64,000 bases of DNA from a candidate division WWE3 bacterium (GCA_013335095.1 JAAXWF010000002.1:269566-333565), one strand, 5' to 3'; counted from the first letter of the stretch, positions 19,383-29,248 are shown. Numbers and translations are program-made. The notes: a model not told the origin generated them from the sequence alone.

Positions 19383-19447
19383 AGTTAGTTTTTCGCACCT
19401 TACATTCGCATTAGGGTGGACAGGTCTTCCCGCCTGTCCATTTCTTT
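19383..19447 (+). ncRNA. Candidate ~65-nt sRNA
   Basis: No ORF; -10 upstream; ends in TGGACAGG / CCTGTCCA hairpin plus TTTCTTT. Confidence 0.45.
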
Positions 19448-19551
19448 ATTACTATCTGATATTCACATTTCTTTTCATTAACTTTATTTACCACCGTTAC
19501 CTTAATTTTTATTGAAACAATTGATTCTTAGGATTATTATTTGTATATACT

Positions 19552-21042
19552 ATGAAAGTTCAATCGCTTAAAATTGTTGCCATACTGTTATTCTTAGTAA
19601 TCGGTTGGGTATTTAGGCCTTTTATCCATCCGCTAATAATGAGTTTTGTTATTAGCCCGCTTCGTATATTACAAATTGCAATTATTATTTGGATGTTGTG
19701 GATTTTATTCTCCCGGACCTTATGGCCGAAGATAAAAGTTTCATCTCAAGGTTCAGTAAAAATTGATTGGCAAGATGGCACGTATAGGAAAGTCGGATTA
19801 ATAGTAGGGGTGCTCATACTCATAAGCTTAGGCCTAACATTAGAGTCAGATATAAGAGCCTCACTAACTGCGCATCAAATTACCTATGAAAAAAGAGAGC
19901 AATTGCCTGAATTCAACCCTTTGCGGTTAACCCCTAAGGGAGTGGCACAACGGTATGCCCAAGATTCGTTTCAAAACCCTCAAGAATACCTAGGCGATTC
20001 ACAAATAGTTTTAATTCATGACCAACTATATCGAGTATTTCCTCGTTTGCCAGATGGAGCACTGCTTTATTTTTTTAATAAACTGAGTGGATTTGTGACT
20101 GTTGAAGTAAGTACACTCGATCGCACGGTAAATATAGAAGATCAAACATTTAAATATGCTGAAGGCATTGGCATCTTTGATAACTTGTACTACCAATTAC
20201 CACTAAAGCGATTTTTTGTTACATATAGTAGCGAACCAATTTATTTGAAAAATGACACCAATAATTGGGTTACGATCGTTCCATACATTACGTATAAAGG
20301 ATTTCCATTCACAATACCGACATGGGGTGGGGTAATGGAAATAAAGCCCGATGGAACAATAAATGACTACACTCCAGAACAAGCGCAGGAGATTAGTTAT
20401 TTAAAGAATAACCGAATATATCCCAAAGAATTATCTGAATATTATGCGCAGTCCTTCGCCTATAAAAATGGAATATTAAACAAATGGTTCCTCCATAAGG
20501 ATGAAACCGAAGTAGTGAATCTACCATCAGATGAAATGGTTCTTCATGTACCGACCAAAGAAGGCTACAAACAAATGATTGTCGCCGAACCTTACGGTCG
20601 ATCATACGGAATTTATAAAATATTCTTCACTGACGCAACCACCGGCAAGCGCGAGATTATTGAATATGATTCTCAATCCCAATTAACAGGTCCAATTGCC
20701 GCAGCTGATTATGTAAAACGAAACTTTCCAACCTACGACTGGAGCAGTTTTAGCCTAGTCGAACCAAGACCTATTACCATTAATAATAGCCTTAATTGGA
20801 TGCTCTCTATTGTTCCTAATGATTGGGCTGGTATTGCTTCAACAGTATTTCTAGATACAAAAACAAATAATGTCCAAAAGGCTGATGATGAATCCCAGAT
20901 TGATCAGATCCGTCAAGGTGAAAAGAACATACCTAATGAGATAACACCAACACCAGGAAACACTCAAAATTCACAAATTAATCAAAAAATAAATGATATT
21001 CAGCAACAGTTAGATGAGCTGAAAAAACTCCTTAATCAATAG
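19552..21042 (+). CDS. Hypothetical membrane-anchored protein
   Basis: 496 aa; 3 N-terminal TM segments, large soluble domain, C-terminal coiled coil. Confidence 0.8.
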   Translation: MKVQSLKIVAILLFLVIGWVFRPFIHPLIMSFVISPLRILQIAIIIWMLWILFSRTLWPKIKVSSQGSVKIDWQDGTYRKVGLIVGVLILISLGLTLESDIRASLTAHQITYEKREQLPEFNPLRLTPKGVAQRYAQDSFQNPQEYLGDSQIVLIHDQLYRVFPRLPDGALLYFFNKLSGFVTVEVSTLDRTVNIEDQTFKYAEGIGIFDNLYYQLPLKRFFVTYSSEPIYLKNDTNNWVTIVPYITYKGFPFTIPTWGGVMEIKPDGTINDYTPEQAQEISYLKNNRIYPKELSEYYAQSFAYKNGILNKWFLHKDETEVVNLPSDEMVLHVPTKEGYKQMIVAEPYGRSYGIYKIFFTDATTGKREIIEYDSQSQLTGPIAAADYVKRNFPTYDWSSFSLVEPRPITINNSLNWMLSIVPNDWAGIASTVFLDTKTNNVQKADDESQIDQIRQGEKNIPNEITPTPGNTQNSQINQKINDIQQQLDELKKLLNQ

Positions 21043-21101
21043 AATATACGACATCATAAGCTTGACACATTCAATGAACCAGTTAGAATTACTGATGACT
21101 A

Positions 21102-22304
21102 ATGCGAAAACTCTTTGTCGGAAATCGAAATTTAGCGATTATTGCACTTATCGCAATAGTGAACGCCCTCGGATACGGTATTGTAATTCCGGTTCTATAC
21201 TCTTATTCAGTTAAATTTGGACTCACTGATTTTCAAAACGGTTTACTATTCGCGCTGTTTTCACTATGCCAATTTTTATCAACACCGATAATTGGACGAT
21301 TCTCGGATAAATTAGGACGTCGCCCTCTCCTTATTGCTTCTCTAGCCGGCACAACATTGTCTTTTTTCATCATGGCATTTGCACCAAGTGCAGCATTTTT
21401 ATTTATTGCCCGTGCGTTGGATGGATTAACTGCTGGTAATATTCCAGTAGCTTCAGCGGTAATTTCGGACACAACGACCGGAGCAGACCGTGCAAAGGGC
21501 TTTGGAATTATTGGAGCTTCGTTTAGTTTAGGGATGATCTTAGGTCCAGCAATATCGGCACTCTCGGTGGGAATATCTCCAGCATTACCTTTCATTATCG
21601 CTGGGGCGATATCAGCAATTTCGGTTGTTGTAACAGTACTATATTTACCTGAGACAAATACACATTCTAAAGAGATCCAACATGCAAAGATGTTTGATTT
21701 CTCACGTTTGTTTCACGCGCTCATCGATAAAAGAATTGGTTTAGTGTTGGTTTTATCACTCCTTAATGCATTCGGTTTTGCGATGCTAATTTATGCCTAC
21801 CAGCCATATGCGACCAAAATATTAAGCTTAAATAGTCAGCAGATCGCGCTGCTATTTGTCATGTTTGGCGTCTTAGGCATGCTTTCACAACTGTTTATTC
21901 TCAGTCAAATGATAAAACGATTTGGCATCGAAAGGTCATTGTCCTTCTCTTTAATCGGAATGAGCATAACGTTTTTGGCTATCCATCTATTCCACTCACT
22001 AGCGGTATTTATTGGAGCATCTATCGTCATGGGCCTGGTTAACGTTATCCAACCATTAATTCAGACAGTGCTTGCAAGAGACACTGATCAAAACTCCCAA
22101 GGATCACTTCAGGGATTAAACGCCTCGTATATGTCGATCGGCCAAATACTCGGGCCAATTATTGGAGGGACATTAGCAACTTTCGAGATTACCTACCCAT
22201 TTTTACTTGGTAGCATCATCTTTATAATTTGTTTCTTTATCTCTATTAAGGCAGTAAAACCGCTGCAAAAAATCGAACAAGCATTTGAAACGCAAAACCC
22301 ATAG
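21102..22304 (+). CDS. MFS transporter, TetA/DHA1-like
   Basis: Motif A GRFSDKLGRRP, motif C GMILGPAIS, about 12 TM; TTGACA-N17-TAGAAT promoter. Confidence 0.92.
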   Translation: MRKLFVGNRNLAIIALIAIVNALGYGIVIPVLYSYSVKFGLTDFQNGLLFALFSLCQFLSTPIIGRFSDKLGRRPLLIASLAGTTLSFFIMAFAPSAAFLFIARALDGLTAGNIPVASAVISDTTTGADRAKGFGIIGASFSLGMILGPAISALSVGISPALPFIIAGAISAISVVVTVLYLPETNTHSKEIQHAKMFDFSRLFHALIDKRIGLVLVLSLLNAFGFAMLIYAYQPYATKILSLNSQQIALLFVMFGVLGMLSQLFILSQMIKRFGIERSLSFSLIGMSITFLAIHLFHSLAVFIGASIVMGLVNVIQPLIQTVLARDTDQNSQGSLQGLNASYMSIGQILGPIIGGTLATFEITYPFLLGSIIFIICFFISIKAVKPLQKIEQAFETQNP

Positions 22305-22313
22305 CGTTTGACT
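22298..22313 (+). repeat. Cassette-head motif, copy 3 (overlaps the MFS stop codon)
   Basis: CCCATAGCGTTTGACT-N17-TATAGT; its TAG is the MFS stop. Confidence 0.8.
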
Positions 22314-22382
22314 TTTATATATCTATTAAGTATAGTAAACCCCATCGAGTCGGATTTTAACTTAGGAAGGACACGCACGATT

Positions 22383-23258
22383 ATGCGTACACCGAGGATC
22401 ATCTGGATTCTGCTTGCGGCACTGCTGCTCGCAGGTTGTGGCCAAACAACGAGCGGACAAACGATGAGCCTAGACGGGGAGAAGCCACCGTCAACTGCTG
22501 TGGTCGAAACTACAACGAGTGGCCCTGTCGCTAACACCGAACAGACGGACCTTGTTATAGCAACACCACCACCAGCAACGGTGGAGCCGCCTACAAACGA
22601 ACCGGTCCCGACAAGGACTGTGGATCCCACGGCAACACTAACACCCGTACCAACTGCGATTCCACAAGAGGTGGAGGGCTTCCAACTACCGCAAGAGATG
22701 AAAAACTGCGCTGCAGTAGCATCAGTGGATGGGCTCGAGAATGCAACCAGACGCAATTATGCCTGGATTGCATTCGATCAAGGCGGTAATGTCAGGCTGG
22801 TCACGGATTTGGTTACGTACGAAAAGGCAAAGTACGTACGATTAACCCGCGTCGCCGATAGTAAGGTCAACCTTTACAAATGTCGCTCAACGGCATGGGA
22901 AGATGACCTGGCTAAGGCGCTGTTTGAGATGGTGCCTACCGATTTTAATCGGTGGTGGGCAACAACCAGGAGCGTTGGGTTTGGCCAGGGCATTACACTA
23001 ATCGACACTGAAAAGATGACCCTGGTGATTAGTGGGCTGACCCAAGAGGGTGAAACATTGACCTTTAAATACAAGGTCAACGGCACTGAATCATCCATGC
23101 AGCAACCTGTTTCGTTTAACCCAGCAACCCCAATCAGCGTCGATGGAAGTGGTGGGAATACCTACCAAGTACTTCTCATCGAAATGAACGGGGAGAAAGG
23201 TGTGCGTTTGCTCATTCTATCAACAGAGCCAGCGCATATCAGTGGTGGTAGTAAATAA
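22383..23258 (+). CDS. Putative lipoprotein with Pro/Thr-rich linker (cassette H)
   Basis: MRTPRIIWILLAALLLAG-C lipobox; PPPATVEPPTNEPVPT linker; AGGAAGG SD. Start 22383 preferred over TTG 22308. Confidence 0.8.
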   Translation: MRTPRIIWILLAALLLAGCGQTTSGQTMSLDGEKPPSTAVVETTTSGPVANTEQTDLVIATPPPATVEPPTNEPVPTRTVDPTATLTPVPTAIPQEVEGFQLPQEMKNCAAVASVDGLENATRRNYAWIAFDQGGNVRLVTDLVTYEKAKYVRLTRVADSKVNLYKCRSTAWEDDLAKALFEMVPTDFNRWWATTRSVGFGQGITLIDTEKMTLVISGLTQEGETLTFKYKVNGTESSMQQPVSFNPATPISVDGSGGNTYQVLLIEMNGEKGVRLLILSTEPAHISGGSK

Positions 23259-23282
23259 ATAGCAAGTTCGTGTTTGCTCAAC

Positions 23283-23312
23283 AAGCCGGGAAATAAAACT
23301 CCCGGCTTTTTT
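23283..23312 (+). terminator. Terminator of cassette H
   Basis: AAGCCGGGA / TCCCGGCTT plus T-run. Confidence 0.85.
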
Positions 23313-23346
23313 ACTTTTAATCTGCTTTCGATGATAAAATAATTGT

Positions 23347-23916
23347 ATGTCGCGAAAAGTTATCATTGTGCATCGGTGGGAAGGAACCCCCGAAGCAGAT
23401 TGGTATCCATGGGTACATGAGCAATTAACTCAGAGTGGATATGTTGTCGAAATACCCGAGATGCCAAATACCCAGGCACCTGACATAAGTGAGTGGATTC
23501 GAACGCTACATAGAATAATCCCCGTACCTGATGAGCGAATAACGCTAATTGGCCATTCTATTGGCAGCCAGGCAATTCTTCGGTATCTAGCAACTTTTTT
23601 TACCCCACTTACATTAGGCGGAGTAATTTTGGTTACTCCTTGGCTTAATTTAACCCAAGCCGCCACACAGGGAGTAGAACAGATCGCCGCCCCGTGGCTT
23701 ACCACACCAATAAATATGGGAAGAATACGCTCACATCGTATTCGATATACTGCGATCTTTTCAGATAATGATCCTTTTGTTCCAATAACCGATGCCGAAA
23801 TTTTTCGATATCAACTTGGTGCCAAAATTGTTGTGGAGAAGAGTGCTGGCCATATGACCACCCAAGATAATATCGTCGAGGTTCCCTCAGTGTTAGAAGC
23901 GGTATTTAGTGCTTAA
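23347..23916 (+). CDS. Alpha/beta hydrolase, YdeN/RBBP9 family
   Basis: IIVHRWEG...WYPW, GHSIG nucleophile, SDNDPFVP, AGH. Confidence 0.9.
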   Translation: MSRKVIIVHRWEGTPEADWYPWVHEQLTQSGYVVEIPEMPNTQAPDISEWIRTLHRIIPVPDERITLIGHSIGSQAILRYLATFFTPLTLGGVILVTPWLNLTQAATQGVEQIAAPWLTTPINMGRIRSHRIRYTAIFSDNDPFVPITDAEIFRYQLGAKIVVEKSAGHMTTQDNIVEVPSVLEAVFSA

Positions 23917-24380
23917 TCTATCCCAAAAGACATGTTGTGAATCAAACCATCGGATGATCGAATAGGGAGAAATGAGTAACTTCGATTATTAACAGCTACA
24001 CGAAAGACAGTAGAACCGTTTTCGGTAACCGATTCCGGCGATAAAGTATTTACGTTTTCAATTGAATAAACCGTTGTTAATATTTCGCGAATGACGGTAG
24101 TAATCAGCTGAGTATCGTTCGGGAGTTCAGGGCTAAATGTTACGGTTGCACGAGATGTTCCGTCCCTAAAGATAATCAAGTAATCCGAACCTTCAACATG
24201 GCCATGAACGCTCTGAATGGTCTGACTATTTTGAGCTTTTTTCTGAGTAGATTGATTAAAATTTAGTACCAGAAGAACACAAAGACCCGAAAGGACGACC
24301 ACGGCAGCAAACAAATTTATATTTATAAGCCATTTAGTTGGTAAAATACGTTCTTCTTTTTGTGGACGCTTTGTCTTCAT
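23913..24380 (-). CDS. Hypothetical single-TM protein
   Basis: ATG 24380 lies 7 nt after TATAAT; one TM then a soluble domain. Confidence 0.7.
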   Translation of the reverse strand: MKTKRPQKEERILPTKWLININLFAAVVVLSGLCVLLVLNFNQSTQKKAQNSQTIQSVHGHVEGSDYLIIFRDGTSRATVTFSPELPNDTQLITTVIREILTTVYSIENVNTLSPESVTENGSTVFRVAVNNRSYSFLPIRSSDGLIHNMSFGID

Positions 24381-24495
24381 GTACTTAATTATATACACGA
24401 GATCGGGTTGAATAAAAGAGATAAAAATCAATACTGTATTTAAGCTTAAATCACTCGAAAGACATCACAATATTTGATACAATCCACCCTATAAG

Positions 24496-25425
24496 ATGAT
24501 TACCTTTGTATTTCCTGTCTACAACGAAGAACAATCGATCGCCAAATTAGTTGAAGAAATGTTTCGCGTTCGAGAAAAAATTGACGATGATGTCGAAATG
24601 TTATTTATCAATGACGGGAGCAAGGATAACACCGAACGGATCCTCTTAAACTATGCCAAGGAACACTCCTCAATAAAGGTCATCTCGTTCTCGCGAAACT
24701 TTGGTCATCAAATAGCCCTGACTGCTGGCCTTGATTATGCGAGAGGAGATGCAGTGGTCGTTATGGATAGTGATTTACAAGATCCACCCATGGTAGCGCT
24801 TGAACTTATTGAAAAATGGAAAGGCGGGTATGAGATCGTATACGCCAAACGCCGAAGTCGTAAAGACGGCTTCTTAAAAAAACTGACTGCATGGGGATTT
24901 TATCGGACCTTAAGAACCCTCTCTTCAATCGACATCCCAGAAGATACCGGCGATTTTCGATTACTCGACAGAAAAGTAGTTGATACACTTAAACAATTTC
25001 GTGAAAGTAGCCGATTCATGCGTGGACTAACGAGCTATGTCGGGTTTAAGCAGACTGCGGTATTATTTGACCGGAATGAACGATTTGCCGGAGAGACGAA
25101 ATACCCGTGGCGCAAGATGGCCAAATTCGCATGGGATGGAATAACAAGTTTTTCAATGATTCCTCTTAGGATCTCAACGTATCTGGGCTTTTTTGTTGCC
25201 ATATTAAGCTTAATCGGAATAGGGTACGCACTATTTATGAAACTATTCTTCCCTGATATTACCGTTACGGGTTGGACGCTTATGATTATCGCCATCTTTT
25301 TTATTGGTGGTACCCAGATGGTTGTGCTGGGAATAATGGGTGAATATATTGGCCGAATCTATACAGAGGTTCGCAATCGACCGCTATACATAGTTAAACA
25401 GACCACAAATATTGATGCTCACTAA
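24496..25425 (+). CDS. GT2 polyprenol-phosphate glycosyltransferase (GtrB/YkcC-like)
   Basis: PVYNEE, NDGSKD, FSRNFGHQ.A..AG, MDSDLQDPP, GDFRL, two C-terminal TM, GEYIGRIY. Confidence 0.93.
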   Translation: MITFVFPVYNEEQSIAKLVEEMFRVREKIDDDVEMLFINDGSKDNTERILLNYAKEHSSIKVISFSRNFGHQIALTAGLDYARGDAVVVMDSDLQDPPMVALELIEKWKGGYEIVYAKRRSRKDGFLKKLTAWGFYRTLRTLSSIDIPEDTGDFRLLDRKVVDTLKQFRESSRFMRGLTSYVGFKQTAVLFDRNERFAGETKYPWRKMAKFAWDGITSFSMIPLRISTYLGFFVAILSLIGIGYALFMKLFFPDITVTGWTLMIIAIFFIGGTQMVVLGIMGEYIGRIYTEVRNRPLYIVKQTTNIDAH

Positions 25426-25843
25426 ATTAGAACAATTCGTTTCCAGCAAGCTAAATATCTCGATTCAATTTATCCGCTATGCATTAGTCGGGGTAAGCGG
25501 GGTCACCGTCGATTTTTTCATATTTTTCGTATTAACGCATTTATTACACGTAAACTACCTGATAGCAAATGTTTTAAGCGTATGCAGCGGAATAACAAAT
25601 AACTTTACCTGGAATATGCTTTTTACATTCAATAAACGCGACATAATTTTGACACGTTTTATTAGGTTTTTTACGGTTGGAATAGGTGGCTTAATTATAA
25701 GTTCAATGATCATGTTTATATTAGTAGACGTTATCAAAATGTACGTTTTAATCGCTAAGGGGCTAACATTAATTGTCATTACATTCCTCCAATACAATTT
25801 GAATCGGAAATACTCATTCGGAGATTCTGTTAATAAAGTATAA
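25412..25843 (+). CDS. GtrA family flippase-like protein
   Basis: QFIRYALVG, four TM, NFTWN..FTF, YNLNRKYSF. Confidence 0.88.
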   Translation: MMLTKLEQFVSSKLNISIQFIRYALVGVSGVTVDFFIFFVLTHLLHVNYLIANVLSVCSGITNNFTWNMLFTFNKRDIILTRFIRFFTVGIGGLIISSMIMFILVDVIKMYVLIAKGLTLIVITFLQYNLNRKYSFGDSVNKV

Positions 25844-25872
25844 AAAAGGCGCGAATCATACTGATTCGCGCC
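25842..25872 (-). terminator. Terminator of cassette I
   Basis: GGCGCGAATCA-TAC-TGATTCGCGCC with A6 on the plus strand. Confidence 0.85.
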
Positions 25873-25898
25873 ATGCGATCTTAGAAAACCGTATCCAT

Positions 25899-26756
25899 TT
25901 ACACCTTGCCAATGTTCACCGCTGGGGGAACACAGGCCGTCATAGTTTGCTCCTGGAGCACCACCGCAATGTTGTCGCGGAAGTACACCATCTGTACCAT
26001 CACCGCAACCGGCAAACACGTCTCATCACCTTTCAGTGATTTTGCCGGATCGGGGTAATGCTCTACGATCCCCGGTGTAGCCCAATTCCCGTAATCATTG
26101 GGATCCGTATCAGGCACAGGAACGAATTGGTCTTGGCGAACCTGATGCCAGACCCACCATCCGCTATTAGCTGGTGGGGTGGAAGGACTCCATTTAAACT
26201 CAAGCTGAACGTTCCCATCCTTATCCAGATTAGGTATCAAGGCAGGGGGGCTCATCTTAAGCTCGGCAAGACTCTTCACATCGACCCCGATATCAGCACC
26301 CGTTAAGGGTTTTAGCTGATCGATCGGCGTGAACGTCACTGGAACAGGATCGCTAAACGATCCTTCGGGCCGGCGCAGAACGGTCACCGACGCGGCAGTC
26401 GTATCATACCCGCCATCAAAGGCAAAGAACGCCTCGTTGGAACGAGATGCGGCGATACGCGTGGCCAAATCCTTGCCATCGCGCTGAAACGTCACATCGT
26501 ACCATTCTTGGTTTGGTGTGAGCGGACGCCCTTCCCATTTCACCATCAGGACCGGACGATTCTTTGCATCAAGACCGATCACCCGGGCTTCAGTGATTGT
26601 GATACCACCGATACCAGCCATATTAAGCAAGCGAGGCCCATAGATAACAGCAATGGTAGCGCCTGCGCCTAGCAAGAGCAGGATCAGACACGCGATCAGA
26701 ATCCAAGCGCCACGCGAGGTTTGATTCCGCGGTTGATCCAAGCCTGAAAGAGCCAT
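25899..26756 (-). CDS. Hypothetical single-pass membrane protein (cassette I, gene 2)
   Basis: 285 aa; AAGGAGG SD; short N-tail, one TM, beta-rich domain. Confidence 0.8.
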   Translation of the reverse strand: MALSGLDQPRNQTSRGAWILIACLILLLLGAGATIAVIYGPRLLNMAGIGGITITEARVIGLDAKNRPVLMVKWEGRPLTPNQEWYDVTFQRDGKDLATRIAASRSNEAFFAFDGGYDTTAASVTVLRRPEGSFSDPVPVTFTPIDQLKPLTGADIGVDVKSLAELKMSPPALIPNLDKDGNVQLEFKWSPSTPPANSGWWVWHQVRQDQFVPVPDTDPNDYGNWATPGIVEHYPDPAKSLKGDETCLPVAVMVQMVYFRDNIAVVLQEQTMTACVPPAVNIGKV

Positions 26757-26768
26757 AATCGGGCCTCC

Positions 26769-27485
26769 TTATGATTGTGCTGGGTCAGGAAGATTCCCGA
26801 CCTCCCTAATCGTAGCCGCCATCATACTAAGTCCATTGATGATCCAGATCGTGAGCCCAAGGCCATTCCCCAGGCCAATCAAAATACCTGCAGTAATAAT
26901 CCCAATCGTAATTGGAATTCTATCTGCAAGGCGTCGATCTTCGGTCCATCCCCAAATCACCGAGCGAAGCAGAGCGCCACCATCTGATGGGTGGCCGGGC
27001 ATGCAGTTGAATGCCCCGATCAGAATGTTCCCCTGTGCTGTATTGAAAAGTAGTACAGAGGGAATTATACCGATGACAGATCCGAACTTTAGCCACAGCG
27101 CAAAAAGCACCGTTCCGATCACAATGCTTGCAAGGGGACCAATAAGGTACACCCACAGCTCATGGAGATGCCTTCGCTGCCGATACGCAAACTCGATATT
27201 ACTTCCGATAATATAAATCGTTACCCGAGTGATCGGAAGCTTAATCAGCCGTGCGACCATAATATGCGACAACTCATGGATCCACAGACTCATCCCGAAC
27301 AATGCGATTGATACCGCACTAATCAGGTGGTACTGCCAGAGGGCAAAACCAGGCAGCTGATACGGATACTGAACCTTATACAGGATCACATAATCCATAA
27401 TCAACGCTAACCAGGTCGTCCAATGCAGCTTAACCGCCACGGTCTGTTTACGATGGGCGACTTCGCCTCTTCCAATTTGGGTCAC
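26769..27485 (-). CDS. Site-2 protease, peptidase M50 family (cassette I, gene 1)
   Basis: HELSH zinc motif, GPLAS, NCMPGHPSDGG (variant of NLLPxxPLDGG); AAGGAGG SD. Confidence 0.85.
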   Translation of the reverse strand: MTQIGRGEVAHRKQTVAVKLHWTTWLALIMDYVILYKVQYPYQLPGFALWQYHLISAVSIALFGMSLWIHELSHIMVARLIKLPITRVTIYIIGSNIEFAYRQRRHLHELWVYLIGPLASIVIGTVLFALWLKFGSVIGIIPSVLLFNTAQGNILIGAFNCMPGHPSDGGALLRSVIWGWTEDRRLADRIPITIGIITAGILIGLGNGLGLTIWIINGLSMMAATIREVGNLPDPAQS

Positions 27486-27557
27486 AAACTGTGCCTCCTT
27501 CTATGACACGATTAATGCGACAACGATATTATACACGACAAACTATAGGACACAACA

Positions 27558-29123
27558 TTACCGTACATGCCATACCATTCCTCCAAATCCGATATATACC
27601 AGCTGTAACTTTTCGTCTTGTGATAGTTGAGATATTAATGAATCGTAACCTGGAATGGGTTGTCCCTCTCTAGTTACCGGTACAAATATAAAATCGTAGG
27701 CTAAATCATCATCGTTGAGTTTATTTTGTAAACATCCCCACGCCAACTCACATTGCTTCAATGATCGAAATAATTCATGGGCGGTAGAAAATCGGTTATC
27801 AGATAACCATTCACTGCCTTGAACGGTTGTTATACTTTGCCGATTTGTTATGGCTGGAAACCACTCAGCCACATAATCATTCGACCAATACTGCTGTTCA
27901 CCTGGGCGAGGAATAAGCAAAAAACGAGCGTTATTAGGAGTAGATTCACTAATCCAAATCATAGCATCAGCTTCATTAATTGAGAGCGCGGAAAGTAGGG
28001 GATCTACCCGATTAATGAATAAAAATATCCCTCCCCAATAAATTAGCATTAAAATCACCAAACTAATCAAAATAAATCGCCCGTGGATAATGCGCTTAAA
28101 TGGAGTGAAATCATTCATCTGTGAGCGCATTGCTGGATAAATCACGTAAGAAATACCATATGCGCTCAATAATGCCATTAGGGGCGTACCGAAAGTAGCA
28201 GCACTGCGCGGTATCAGCACAATTATTAATCCTAACCATAGTGGTACATAAAATGAACCTCGCGCGATCTGCAATAAAATTCCGATTAACGCCAGTACGC
28301 TAATTAACGGAACAAATGGCTCGTGGGTAAAATCCCATAAAACGAAGTGAGTATAGAGTCCAAAACCCCAGCCACCGGTTTGAGAAGCATTCAAAAATGG
28401 TGCGACTCCGTGATACACAAGCACCGTGGCCCACCAGGGAGATGCGATTATTAACCCAATAAGAAGGCATATTAAAATATCTAATAGGCCCCTAAATAAT
28501 CCACGAAAATAAATTGACGAAACAGCAATACTTATAATCGCAAAGATAGTCATTTCTGGATGAGACAACATAGTCAATCCGAGTAAGACCCCGGCGAAAA
28601 ATAGCCGATATCGCAACGATGAAATAATGAGAATAATTGACCCGAGCGCCCAAACCATCCCGAGACTTCTTGTTAAACCTCCGCCCATAATTAACCATTC
28701 GAAACTCCGAGGCAGACTAATAAACAGCAATACTGCTAATACGCTAATCTTTTTATTTTTAGTTATGATCCAGCTGAACAGGTACATTAAGGGGATTGTT
28801 AAACTTGAGATAAAAACGGGCAACCATTTTATTAGTGAAAAAACAGGTATGTTGAATAAATTCGATACTAAAGCCGCAAGATAAAACGATAATGGGGGAT
28901 AGGCGAATGGTATGAAGACGTGATTGTATGAGGTAAATCGAGGGAGTACAAAATGATTTGTGATCAGGTCATTGATCATGGAATACCATAGCCCGCCATC
29001 ATTTAAAGGAAATTCATGAAATAATACTGGAGTCGCCCTAAATAGGAATCCGACTACCGTCAGTACGATGATCAATTTAACAGTGCGAAACGAGATTTTT
29101 ACCGAATGATCGTGTTCATTCAT
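27558..29123 (-). CDS. GT-C fold (PMT/ArnT-like) membrane glycosyltransferase
   Basis: DGGLW.SMI, YPPLSFY, many TM, soluble C-terminal domain; near GtrA/GtrB. Confidence 0.75.
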   Translation of the reverse strand: MNEHDHSVKISFRTVKLIIVLTVVGFLFRATPVLFHEFPLNDGGLWYSMINDLITNHFVLPRFTSYNHVFIPFAYPPLSFYLAALVSNLFNIPVFSLIKWLPVFISSLTIPLMYLFSWIITKNKKISVLAVLLFISLPRSFEWLIMGGGLTRSLGMVWALGSIILIISSLRYRLFFAGVLLGLTMLSHPEMTIFAIISIAVSSIYFRGLFRGLLDILICLLIGLIIASPWWATVLVYHGVAPFLNASQTGGWGFGLYTHFVLWDFTHEPFVPLISVLALIGILLQIARGSFYVPLWLGLIIVLIPRSAATFGTPLMALLSAYGISYVIYPAMRSQMNDFTPFKRIIHGRFILISLVILMLIYWGGIFLFINRVDPLLSALSINEADAMIWISESTPNNARFLLIPRPGEQQYWSNDYVAEWFPAITNRQSITTVQGSEWLSDNRFSTAHELFRSLKQCELAWGCLQNKLNDDDLAYDFIFVPVTREGQPIPGYDSLISQLSQDEKLQLVYIGFGGMVWHVR

Positions 29124-29248
29124 ACTTTTGCAAATGTACCGGCATTGTATCAGAATGAACGATCGCTAAAATGGTCCTTAAGGGATCAATATTTGTTGCC
29201 ACGAACAGCAAATTAATATAGTATGGTAGATAATACTTATCTTGCCCC

